Assembly (NCBI GenBank): GCA_022813865.1
Contig: JALDZX010000038.1
Location: 62,001-126,000 of the forward strand
Source: Xylographa opegraphella
Lineage: Eukaryota
Direction: 5' to 3'
Length of the DNA stretch: 64,000 bases
In this document: positions 1 to 12,000 of the stretch, in pieces
How positions within the stretch are numbered: the first letter of the stretch is position 1
Layout: every line of letters begins with the position of its first letter
Translations under genes and position numbers: made by a program
Notes under the pieces: model-generated
Told to the model about the DNA's origin: nothing
What the model saw: only the letters and a program-made list of their open reading frames with translations
Databases searched by the model: none

Positions 1-2
1 AC

Positions 3-236
3 CTTGACCATTTCCTCCAACGCCAACGCGTACTTACACTCTACCGGACCATTGTGCGAGCGACGAACAAGATCCCGGAGTCTAACACTCGGCTCGAGAT
101 GAGATCGTTCGCGCGGGAAGAGTTCGAGCGGAATAAAGGCGTGCAGGACCTGACGCACGTGAGATATTTGGTTTCGACGGGGAAGGATCAATTCAAGACA
201 ATGCAGCGGTATGTGGACGAACTGGCCGGGCGATGA
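3..236 (+). CDS. LYR-motif mitochondrial protein (LYRM2-like), 5'-truncated by the window edge
   Basis: Frame open from position 3: LDHFLQRQRVLTLYRTIVRATNKIP...RSFAREEFERNK...YLVSTGK. Contains the LYR tripeptide and the downstream R-x-E-F typical of the Complex1_LYR family. Confidence 0.8.
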   Translation, partial: LDHFLQRQRVLTLYRTIVRATNKIPESNTRLEMRSFAREEFERNKGVQDLTHVRYLVSTGKDQFKTMQRYVDELAGR

Positions 237-855
237 CACGAATGTTGGTATACAGAGGCACTGTAATAGGGAGGATGCGGTCCTGAAGGGTCATTGGTTT
301 TTAACGAGGTGGGGAAACGTTCTATCCCGTACTGTCATTGCAGTATTGGTGCCGAAAATGACACAATTCGGAGATGTCGACGAACCTCCTCCGTCTTAGC
401 TTTGTCATCCTGACTGCGGGGTGGACTGGGAAACTCGTGGAAAATTGGGGACACTTGACAGACATTCTTGCCTCTTGAGTTACATGCCAAATTCGCTTGG
501 ATACCTGGTACAATCACCTCAAAGAGGAGACTTAACAATGGATTATGGTTTTGCTATCTAGTATTGTACCAGACTCCTCGGGTTGGCTCCACTTTCCTAC
601 CAGTCGCTTCCTCGATGCGTTTCATGCTACTGTGAATCGTGAGCACCCGTGGCACTCGACATGCCAGGTGGACTTTGTATGACAACATACATGGTCACGA
701 TTGAATCCGGCCGCCAAGACTGTGGTATATCTTCTTCATCTGGTGACCAGAGTCGTTGCAGAACCTCGATGATCGAGTGGATTCGCCGGGAGCAGTGGTG
801 CCTGGAAATCAGGTTCAGACAGTATTGTCTTTCCGAAGTCTCTAGTACTGGTAGC

Positions 856-2672
856 TTAGTCTCTCAAGAACATTTGATATGTTGGCGAATCTGTGCACTC
901 GGAGAACGGGTAGCCGAGTTTGACCAAAAACCCCATAAGCTCATCTTGCTCATTCTTAGGACATTGAATGCCCGCGAGGACCTTGCCGACATCGCCGCCA
1001 TGGTTACGATAGTGGAACAATGATATGTTCTGACTCGGTCTTAAAGTCGTCAAGAACTTGATCAACGCACCCGGTCGCTCGGGGAATTCAAACATGTATA
1101 GACGCTCATCTTGTACTCCGCTTCGTCCGCCGACAAGGTAGCGGATATGTGATTTCGCCAGCTCATCACCACTGAGATCCGTAGCCGACATGCCATCTCT
1201 GTCAAGTCGATTTATCAGATTCGCGAGCTCCGATGTTCGTGATGACCCATTGACTGAGATGCCCATTAATATATTGGCCGATTGCTCCCTTGCATATCTA
1301 TAGCTGAATTCAGTGACCGCTTGCGGAAGAACTGCCTTGACCAGCTCCGCGAATGCTCCTGGTCGTTCCGGGATATTGACGCTTAATAGAGCCTCCTTTT
1401 TCTCACCAAGAGCGGCACGTTCTGCAACGAAACGTAAGCGATCGAAGTTCATGTTCGCACCAGATGCGATGGCGACAAGACTTCGGCCCTGATTTGAACA
1501 CGGATTTCTCTTGACGTATTTCTTCAGGCCTGCCAATGCAAGTGCACCAGCTGGTTCGACTATGGACCTCGTGTCTTCAAACACATCTTTGATGGCTGCA
1601 CATGTTTCATCGGTTGTGACTTCAATGATTTCGTCCACTACCTCTGAGCATAATCGGAAGGTCTCCTCGCCCACTGTTTTGACAGCTGCACCATCTGCAA
1701 ACAATCCCACCTCCTTTAGCACCACCCGCTTCTTCATTTTGAGTGATTGTACCATGGCATTTGCGTCGTAAGCTTCTACGCCTATAATCTTGACGTGGGG
1801 CGCGATCCGCTTGATATATACCCCAAGTCCCGCTATCAAGCCGCCGCCGCCTACACAACTGAACACCGCCTCCACATCCTGTAGATTGGTCTGCCTTAGG
1901 ATTTCCATCCCAATGGTGCCTTGACCGGCAATGACATATGGGTCATCAAATGGCGCAATGTTTGTAAGACCATGAAGCTTCTCCAGCCGGTGCGCCTCTT
2001 CCTTAGCAGAGTCGAAGTCTTCGCCAAACAAGATCACAGAGCCTCCTAACCTGGAAACATTTAGGTGTTTTATCGACGGTGTTCCTGAGGGCATAACAAT
2101 GGTTGCGGGGATCTTGAGCTGTCTAGCAGAATAGGCAACTCCTTGCGCATGGTTTCCTAGACCAGCTCAGTCTGAGCCGAGCAAACAGTTAGACCGATCC
2201 TTATTCACCGGCCGAGCAAGCTACCACGCCCTTCCACCGCTCCTCGGGGCTGAGATGTGCCATCTTATTATAAGCACCACGCAGCTTGAAGCTGAATACA
2301 GGCTGTAGATCTTCACGTTTGAGAAGGACTTTGCATTCAAGGCGGTTACTGAGATTGACGGCATAGGTTAAGGGCGTCTCTTTGACGACATCGTATACCC
2401 GGGAGGTTAGAATAAGTCGGAGATACTAGACTCGTCAGCAGTTGCTACGACTTGCATCAAATTCTATATACGTCTGGGTAGCCATCGGACAGCAAAAATG
2501 CAGCGGGCACTTGAGTGGAAGATTTGAGTTTTGTTTTCTCTGATGGTGGTGAGGAATTGGCGGTATATTCGGTGAGAGAAAGGCCATTGATTGGTGGAGT
2601 TTGAGGAGTAGAGCTGCCATTAGGTCCTGAACCGTCTGCCATGCTGCTTGAATTCATTGAGGGTGTCTTCAT
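856..2672 (-). CDS. ILV1: Biosynthetic threonine dehydratase (threonine ammonia-lyase)
   Basis: Three exons (introns 2426-2471 and 2157-2208) give [50 protein letters not shown] and the C-terminal regulatory repeats (PERPGA twice). Confidence 0.97.
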
Positions 2673-3034
2673 CTGAAGTCAGTGTCTGTGTGCTCCAAAA
2701 AAAGTACCTACTTCGGGTCCAGCGGATTAACTTAGGTAGCGCTAAATCAAAAAGCCGGTACGCTAAGATTGCCGAAGATCTAGGGCTTCCAAGGGTTGAT
2801 GATTATATCTTGTAAGCAAGCACGATCTTTCAGCTGTAGCAATCCTACTGACAGCTCAATACCTTCAACAGCGATAGCCTACAGCTATAACTCATACACT
2901 ATCGTATGTGAAGCCTAAGAAGATATCAGCTCTAATATATAACACCAACGTGTTCGAGCTCGTTGTTGCTGCATGACCTCATCATTCCTGAGCTCTCCAT
3001 GAGACTGCCTTAATTACTCTTCAAGAACAGTAGA

Positions 3035-3672
3035 ATGTCTAACGCTCCGCTCCCTTCGTCCTTCGACGGTAACTAGTATGGAGATATTGTTACCCTTGTT
3101 ATCTGATATCAATTGACAGTTTCATAGCGAATTCTATGAAGAGAATCGGTGGCAGAAATTCTCACGCCGGCTCAAGGAGGAGCCGCTCATTCCTCTTGGT
3201 CAGCTACATCCCATTGTCCCAATACCGTATCATGGTTGACGTTATAGGTTGTGCCTTGACATGCTGGGCCCTTCTTGGCGCCACGAAGTCCATCCGACGA
3301 GGGGATCATGAAACTACAAACCGTATGTTCCGTGCGCGAATATATGCCCAAGGCTTCACCCTGCTGTGTCTTGTCGCAGGATCCTACTACTACGCCGAGG
3401 ATAGAGACAAGCGGAAGGTGTTTGATGGCGTGAAAGCGGAGCAACGAGCGAAGGAGAAGAATGAGAAATGGATTCGGGAATTGGAGGCGCGGGACCGAGA
3501 GGATAGGGAAGAGCGGGAGTTGCGGATTCGGCGATTAGAGAAGCGAACGAAAAGCGCTGACGAGGGAAAGGGAGATACAACATCAGGCTCGGTGAGATCG
3601 GTTTTGGAAAGAAGTGAAGTGCGCCGGAAAGGGGCTGTGCTTGCTGCAGTAATGGAATTGGTGAAGAGATGA
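3035..3672 (+). CDS. RCF1: Respiratory supercomplex factor 1 (HIG1-domain protein)
   Basis: Spliced over two introns: [12 protein letters not shown]...[28 protein letters not shown]...[15 protein letters not shown]...[13 protein letters not shown]. Confidence 0.93.
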
Positions 3673-4667
3673 GTGTAGAACATGTCAATAATGGGAAACG
3701 GTGTATAGGGGAGGACTTCATTTGCGGCATCTGAATGTTACACTGCTGGGGATGGTGTAGCAGTTTGAATTACTCATTACTCATACTCGTTCCTGTTCTG
3801 ACGGCGTTCCAAGAATGTCTAAATCCAGAATTGCGGATTTAAACTTAAGGACTCCGGTTGGTGATCGAGCCTGCAATTGTACTGCTTAATATTTCCAGGA
3901 AATCCGACTTCACTATGTGAACTGAAAGACCTTCATTGCATTCATAGTCATGATGTATCGTCGAATGTGACGTCCGCATAGCATTACTCAATCCAGCCAG
4001 GAGGCTTTGCACAGTACTATTATTTTAATGCCAGTACTTTGAAATCTTGCTCAGTTTGCCGTGGGCATGATAATCTCAGCGTCATGAAGCTAGGACGGGG
4101 TTCTTAACGCTGACTTGATAAGACACTGCGGTATCTCGGAATGACTCCGAACCCACGAGTTTGTTCGTAGTGATACATGTAGCATGCATGGATACATACC
4201 AACCAAAGAAAAGTACGAAAATCACGGAGAGACCAGCAATAATAGGGGTCGCCCACATCTCGAAGGCGTATTTCCGATCCACCCAGAAGCACATTCCACG
4301 AACTCTATCTGCAGGACTTAGACTCCTGATTCTTCATGATCATGCGAGAGACAAGATTAAGCTCTCCAGAACATCATAGCGCCTGTAAAGAACTCATTCT
4401 ATTAGACTTGAGGTAGACTTAACAATACTGAATCTAGGACTTTACTGTAGTATGACGTCGTGCCCTAACTTGCTTGCCCTCCGATGAAGCAGCTCCATCA
4501 ACTCCACCTTTCTCTACCCCACACCACCAAAGCTAAGGAGCCAACGTCGAATAAGAACGCCGGACAATGTCAGGAACATGACGACCTCGGCTGGCACGGC
4601 TCCCAACTAGACGTTGAAACAGAACTTACTTTATCGCGGGCTTCCGATGGTCATTCCCAATCCTACC

Positions 4668-6491
4668 ATGCGGACGTTCTCCTTTTCACTTTCAAAAGCC
4701 CTGTTCAGATCGTACATCGGACCGTCTAGCCTTTCAATAATAATCCGACGCTCCTACGCCATGCCTCACAATGTACCAAAGGTAATTGGCTTACAAATTC
4801 TGCCTTATCTGCCGGACATCAACGCGCTCGAGACATGACTTGATGGCTAACGGCAATATTTTAGTTGAACGATCCTTCTCTGTTCAAACAAGAATGCTAT
4901 GTAAATGGCGAATGGATCAAGGCCAAGTCCGGCAAGTCCTTCGAAGTCACTGGTACATTTCAAATTTTCATGCCCGCAATTTATGCTCTAATTGATGCTT
5001 TGATCTAGACCCGTCAAGCGGTGAAGTGATTGGTACATGTCCCGAGTTCACCAAGGAAGATACAGACAATGCTATCAAATTAGCAGCGGAGGCCTGGCCC
5101 GCGTTTCGTAAGACCACCGGCCGAGAACGCTCTCGAATGCTCCGGAAATGGTACCAATTGATGATGGACAACGCGGATGACCTCGCCAAGCTTATCACGT
5201 GGGAGAACGGGAAGCCTTTCGCAGACGCAAAGGGTGAAGTCAACTATGCCGCCAGCTTCTTCGAATGGTTCAGCGAGGAAGCTCCACGGAATTATGGCGA
5301 CACCATCCCGGCCTCTATTCCAGGAAATCGAGTATTCACACTCAAGGAGCCTGTCGGGGTGTGTGGACTTATTACACCGTAAGTACAACGCTACAATACG
5401 TCGACGTGGGCGCTGAATCCGTCAGATGGAACTTTCCTGCCGCCATGATCACACGAAAGATAGGTCCTGCACTGGCTGCTGGCTGCACAATAGTGGCAAA
5501 GTCACCTGGAGAAACACCTTTCACCTCTTTAGCTTTAGCCGAGTTGGCACATCGAGCCGGTATTCCAAGAGGTGTGGTCAACTTCATCTCCGCTATGAAG
5601 AACACGGCAGAGGTCGGCGAAGCTCTTACCTCGAGTCCAACGGTTCGAAAAGTGTCATTCACTGGATCTACAGGAGTTGGGATGCTACTCATGAAGCAGT
5701 CCTCCTCATCATTGAAGAAGGTCTCTTTCGAACTAGGTGGAAATGCACCCTTCATCGTGTTTGACGACGCCGATCTTGATTCCGCTGTGGCAGGGGCCAT
5801 TGCGAGCAAATTCCGGAGTTCCGGTCAAACCTGTGTCTGTGCTAACCGGCTGTACATACAGAGTGGTATTTACGAAAAGTTTGCCTCCAAATTTGCGGAA
5901 AAGGTCAGGGGATTCAAAGTCGGTGGAGGATTTGAAGAAGGGGTTACACATGGCCCGCTAATCCATGATCGTGCGATAGGCAAGGTTGATGCGCATGTTC
6001 GCGACGCGGAAGAGAAAGGTGGTCGTGTGGAGGTTGGAGGCAAGAAGATGCCTCATCTGGGACCAAACTTTTTTGAGCCTACCGTTATCACAGGCATGAA
6101 GCCTCATATGCAGCTATCGTCGGAAGAAACGTTCGGACCCGTGGCTGGCCTCTTCGAGTTTGACACCGAGAAAGAAGTGGTCGACCTGGCGAATGCCGCC
6201 GATGTGGGTTTGGCCGGGTATTTCTTCAGTAAGGATATTCAGCGAATCTACAGAGTTGCCGAAGCCCTGGAAGTCGGCATGGTTGGCGTCAACACAGGCC
6301 TGGTCAGCGACGCAGCAGCTCCGTAAGTATAGAAAATCGTCCCAGCTGTATAGGTACTGAAACTTCATAGATTCGGTGGTGTTAAGTTAAGCGGCTTTGG
6401 TCGTGAAGGTAGCAAGTACGGTATCGATGAGTATCAGACTATCAAAATGGTGACTCTTGGTAGTATGGGACAGCCTTTGCAAGGCTCGTAG
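4668..6491 (+). CDS. UGA2: Succinate-semialdehyde dehydrogenase (NAD(P)+), aldehyde dehydrogenase family
   Basis: Five exons. Motifs [43 protein letters not shown] and [17 protein letters not shown]. The N-terminus is an Arg/Ser-rich, acid-free presequence-like stretch. Confidence 0.95.
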
Positions 6492-7026
6492 TTTCCCGAG
6501 TACTATGTAATGTAACATATCTTGTATCTATACTATAGGCTCAGCACTCTATAAAGCAGCAAATCTTTTGGTTATTAGATGTATAAGATTTGGTGAAAGA
6601 AGTTCACCGCGAAAGTGCGGCTAGAAATATCGCCCTTTGAAAGCAACATTAATATTCCATAGGATGACATAATGATCTTTTCAAGCTGTTATATCAACGA
6701 AAGTCTAAAATGTGTACAGGGATGGTAATAACAAACCCAAGAATTCTATAGATATGCTATGTCGTCAAATTTCGCTTGGTCTTCGATCTCTCGGTCTTCG
6801 GTCGCTCGGCGTTCGGTCGCTCGAGGCCAATGGCCGACAGTAGAAACGCGGCAATAATAGTAGAGACCCCACCCTACGATCTGTTGATGCGGCTTCCCTT
6901 TGCTATCACTCCATTGCTTCCGCGCGAAGTATTATTCCTTCATTCTCGACATCCGTAGCACATCGTTTGCCGATCAGAACTGCGTCTCCTGTTTAGTAAG
7001 AGTACGTGCTTGCGAACTGACCCATC

Positions 7027-8237
7027 ATGAAAGCACCTTTCCCCTCATATACGGCTGAGTGGCATCAGAATACTTACGCTACCATTGACCCTCAACGTCC
7101 GGAGCTTTCTGCGAAAGGCAAAAGTATTATCGTCACAGGGGCTGGCAGCGGCATTGGCCGGGCAACTGTCATAGCTTTTGCAGTAGCAGGCGCCTCCCGC
7201 TTTGCTCTCTTGGGTCGCACAATTGGCACACTGGAAGAGACAAAAAGAATCATCGAGGCTGACTATCCTGAAACTGATTGTACAACATATGCCGTAGATG
7301 TCGCCGACGAGATCGCTGTTCACAAGTCCGCACTCGACTTTGGCACTTGGGATGTCTTGATATTGAATGCAGGAAAAGCGCTCACTCCAACACCCATTGT
7401 CGATACAAATGTCCTTGATTGGTGGAATGTAATGGAGGTATGTCTTCTGCGATATCCATTCTTGCTGAAATATCTATGATGTGAGAAAGAATTGGACCTG
7501 ACTTGTTATCGAGACAAATTTGAAAGGCGCAGTAGTAGCTGTTCACGCTTTTCTTCCAACTCGCAGCAGCGCTCCTTCTATGTGGGTGTATTCCGGAAGT
7601 CCCATTTCCCTTTTGAGGCGTGATTGAGTTTCTGGACATTTCTCTGCATTATATTCATTCCTGAGACGTCTCGAAAAACGGGCATGCTCCCGTGATTTGT
7701 TCTCCTGGCTCTATAATCGTATATACCTACATGGAATTGCTGACTCGAAAATTTTTCCTCTCAGTATTGGCATCAATGCTGGCATGATCAATATTCCAGC
7801 CACACAATATCCTGCCACCGGTTCGTCGGCCTATGTTACATCTAAGATTGCTCAGGTCAAGCTACTTGAGCATGTCGCAGCTGAAAATCCAGATGTCTTT
7901 GTTGTGTCAGTTCATCCTGGCGTTGTGAAGACAGCGATCGTAGGCGATTCACAACTCCAGACAAACGACTTCGTATTTGACGATGGTAAGTGGACCTCAC
8001 TGAGACAAGGCCGTCAAATATTGGTGTCAGTGGGTGCTAATAGTAATCGTAGTGAATCTGCCGGCACACTTCAATGTCTGGGTCACGAGTTCAGAAGCAA
8101 AGTTCCTCAGGGGCAAATTTGTGTGGGCCAACTGGTCTGTACCTGAAATGATGGCCAGGTCGAAGGAAATTGAGGAAACGCCGGTTCTGACGTCGAACAT
8201 ACTTGGGTGGCCTTTTCAGCGTACTGAAATGTCCTGA
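7027..8237 (+). CDS. Short-chain dehydrogenase/reductase
   Basis: TGAGSGIG, LNAG, (E)TNLKG, catalytic YVTSK, VHPGVVKT and EAKFLRGKFVWANW. Four exons (introns about 7438-7513, 7582-7764 and 7986-8052). Confidence 0.9.
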
Positions 8238-9061
8238 TCGGCTTCTTCAATCTCTCTGTTCTTCGCCCATGAATGGCATCAGTATAAAACATTGATGAGT
8301 AATCCTTGATGTAGCTTGTCTCAGTCTCTGAGCTTGACGAGGTTTCCGGAGATAGACGTGCTTGGAGCTGTCTGGGAAGTTTTCAGCTGTAGGCTAGATT
8401 TCAGAATCTTATCAATTACGTGATGCAGTCATGAGGGGAGACGCAGAGAATGCGTCAAACGAGGGAAACAAAATAAGAATGACGCCTGAACTCCCCAAGA
8501 AACACCCAAACATGGGCAACGTGGTAGATATGAAGCCCGACTACCATTGATCTTGTGTCGAAATCAGTAGAAGTGTAGATAGACCCACGGCAGAGAGAAG
8601 TACCGTCGGCAGCTAGCATCGAGACACAAGCAACCACTTTCGTGGTTATTAGCTAAGATGAGATTGAGCTGATGGGCGGAACAATAGATACCTCAAGTAC
8701 TGTGTACGGTAGGTGAGCTAGGGCTTACAAGCCAAGCTTCTTAGCTTCCGCTGCAGTCACTTGTAGCTACCGAGGCTAAGGGCCCAGGTGTCCCCTGAAC
8801 AGGGAAAGGCCATTGGTTGATGGGCGTCAATCACATGGTTCTAGCTCCGATGATGCTCCAGGCCACACTTGCACGTTCTCTCGATGATGCAGACCGTACG
8901 ACAGCAACAATCTTGAAGTCAATTACTGTTGGCACTGATCTTGTGTCGAGAGAGCCGGACTATGTACTCGTGCCCAAGCCTCTACCACAGCATGCTTGAC
9001 ACCTCTACACTATCGACGTTTTCTAGTGTTTTGCTTTTGTCGCCGCTCCAATGCTCTGGTT

Positions 9062-12000
9062 ATGTCTGAGTTGTCCCGCGGCCAGACCTCACGGTCCACC
9101 CTATCCACATCACCAGAAGCCACAGCCTCGGCCTCGGCTTCTTCTTCACGGACTAATGGGGAGTCAAGTAGGACGTCCTCCGGGACTCCACCCACGGTCC
9201 TAGATCCGAGCTTGTCCAGAGCGACGAGGCTGCCCCCGGATCCGACAAGCAAGATCAGCGATTCAAGTCCCCCCGCGGGTGACGAAGTTCCTGAAGAGTT
9301 GTCGCGAAGGAAGCACAGATCGAAAAATTCCGGAGGCTTTCTAGTGAGAGTGATGCCTGCGGATGGAATTCAAGATGGAGCTGCAAGAGGTGCCATACAT
9401 AACGCAAGCACGCACAAGGGCAAAGCCAAAGCAGATGGATCGGAACTCAGGCTACGGAAAGGTAAGACAAGGCAATCAGGACACAGGCCAAGGGCTTCGA
9501 TTGGAAATTCTCCACTATCAAGGGAGGTAACAAATGCTCCACCCCAGGAAGATCACAGGACTCATGGAACAACCTCGACTCATAAGGACTGGCATCATGA
9601 GTCCGATCCTTCGTCAGATAATAAATCCCCCGCACAAAATGAGACTGCGAGGGTCGATTTACCTGGTCTTCTAGGCATCGACACAGACCCAGCACAAATA
9701 GTGAATTTAGCTCTCAACCTGAGTGAAAATCGTCGGAGACACGTAAGCATGAGCCGTTTGTCTCCGATCGACTCTTTGAGCTCTAATAGGAGGATTGTCT
9801 CGACCGGGCAGCTTGGACTTAACAATCCCCATAGTCCTGTTATGGGGTCCACCGGGGGAAGTTTGAGATATCTCCTTCAAAAGCAGAGAGGTACCAGAAA
9901 TATTTCTCCCAGGTTATCTCAATTCGAGCGCGCTGTTCACAATCCGCCCATTCTTCCACCGCCAGAAAATGCAGATTTCATTGACCCAACGAATGTCCCC
10001 GACTTTGGCATTCATGTAGTAGACCAGCTCAGTTTCAACCCGTCTGACGCTACGTTACTCCGTGCAGAGCGAGCGAAGACTGCGCTAGAATTATCATATG
10101 AATATCGTAGACTTCTACAATATCTACCCAGGTTACCTTTACATCAAAAAAGCAGACCGGGTACTGGCAAAGTCATTCCGAACACACCCTCCGATCTATC
10201 CACAATATTGGGGAGACAATATAATCCTCTTCAGTATATACGAAACCGCATCGTTCGAGGTCGGGAAAGACAAACCTTTGATGCCGAGGCAGAGGGATGG
10301 AAGGATGTCGATCAGGTGAGAGACTGGATTGACTTGATCGCTGAACAAAGGAAAGACTGCTTCTCTCCGATGGATAGAGAAATTTATCCCCTACCCGTTT
10401 TCGAGCCGGCCCAGAACCAGCTCGCCGAAGTGACACCGTCGCCATCTTCCAGTGTACGGCGTCCCAATGCTGTTCCGGTAAGAAGGCTTCCTCACACACG
10501 CCCAGTCTGGATAACGACGCCTTGGGATCTGTTAGCAGATGCTTACTGGACGGAAACTGATGACCACAAGAACCTTATCGAGGATCGAAGTGGTCAAAAG
10601 ATCTATCCGTGCCTGACCTCTGAACCTGTCCAAGGTCTACGGACAAGTCAAGATGTGTCACAAATCCCATCGAGACGTTCTGCGAGTGTCCCTAGATCAA
10701 GTCGCTCACCCAAGAAGTCAAAAATCTCCGTTGATCCATACGACGTTTCCACAAAGGAGCGTGGTCGTCGACTTCACAGGCTCCGAGACTCCATTACGAG
10801 TTTCCACGAGTACAGTAGCTCTCAAGACAGGAAGAGCAAGTGGTCTCGTAAACTTGTACGTTCTCAAAGCTCTTCATCGTCTGAGACTTCCCTACAAGGG
10901 AGTCTGACACGTCAATCACACCTGCATGATCATGGTGAAAGTCGAGATCGTCAGGACAGTGCTGTTCTTGAGAGGCAAGTGATGGATATGCTCGCCAAAG
11001 AAGCAAAGAATAAAGACTGGGAAACATATGACATGAAACACCAATTTCAAACGCAAGCCGGAAAAGATAACGAGCGTGAGCTACAAAGCGAGGAAAGTCC
11101 CGGGCCAGTAAGCAGACATGTCGAAACCCAACAGGCATCACAAAAGAGCGACAGAAAAACCAGAAACGGTCTTCCACATGGCAAATTTCATACCGACGAC
11201 GAACAGCTACAAGGGTCTGAAGCTCGCATTTCTCAGGAGGGATTTGATACCACGGTACCAAGCTCTCCGAACGACAAAGGTGTTGTGCCTAGTATAGCAA
11301 TAAATCTCTCACCACCACCACCGCGCTCAAGTTCACCTCGAAAACCTCTCCCGTTTCAACATAGTCCGCTAAAATTTGGCCACGGCAAGGATAAACAAGA
11401 GAAATTCAGGAAGGATCTCGCAGCTACGGTCACTTCTCCGACCTTCAGTGAGCTCGTGAAGAAAGCCCATCCAGATCCTGAGATCGAATCAGCGGCTACT
11501 GCCAGCGATGGTTTCCTTTCACCAAAAACGGCCGATGGCTCTGGCAAGATCTTGCGACATCAGCGATCGGACAGCAAATCACTTCGGTTCGATAAAGAGC
11601 ACAAAGATCCAGACACTAAGATCCGGAGTTTACTTAAAGGGGGAAGCAGATTGGCTGGTTTGGTTGGACATCCGGTCTCGAAGGTGGGAGACTTGCTGTG
11701 GCGCAAGGACGGCAGCAATCATCCTTCATCACCAGTCACGAGCTATGCATCTGACGTGTCAGATACTGAGGAAGAATATCTCAGCGGCGATGCGAACAAT
11801 ATTCGCTTGACGCGGTCGGTCAATGATCTTCCTGACAATCCTGGAGAAGCTGCAAATGGCGGGGTTCCCAAGTTTCACATAAGCAATTTGCCTTCATTTA
11901 CCCCACAAGCCAAGAGGGAAGACGACGATGAGGCACTTCATTTGCGCGAATACGAAAGTGACCACATCGGCCGGCAGCAACGATTAGCTCGAGAACGTGG

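Noticed and set aside
7615..7672. C/D-box-like motifs with a terminal stem inside the long SDR intron
   Set aside because: Only about 58 nt, an imperfect C box and no rRNA-complementary guide that I could recognise.
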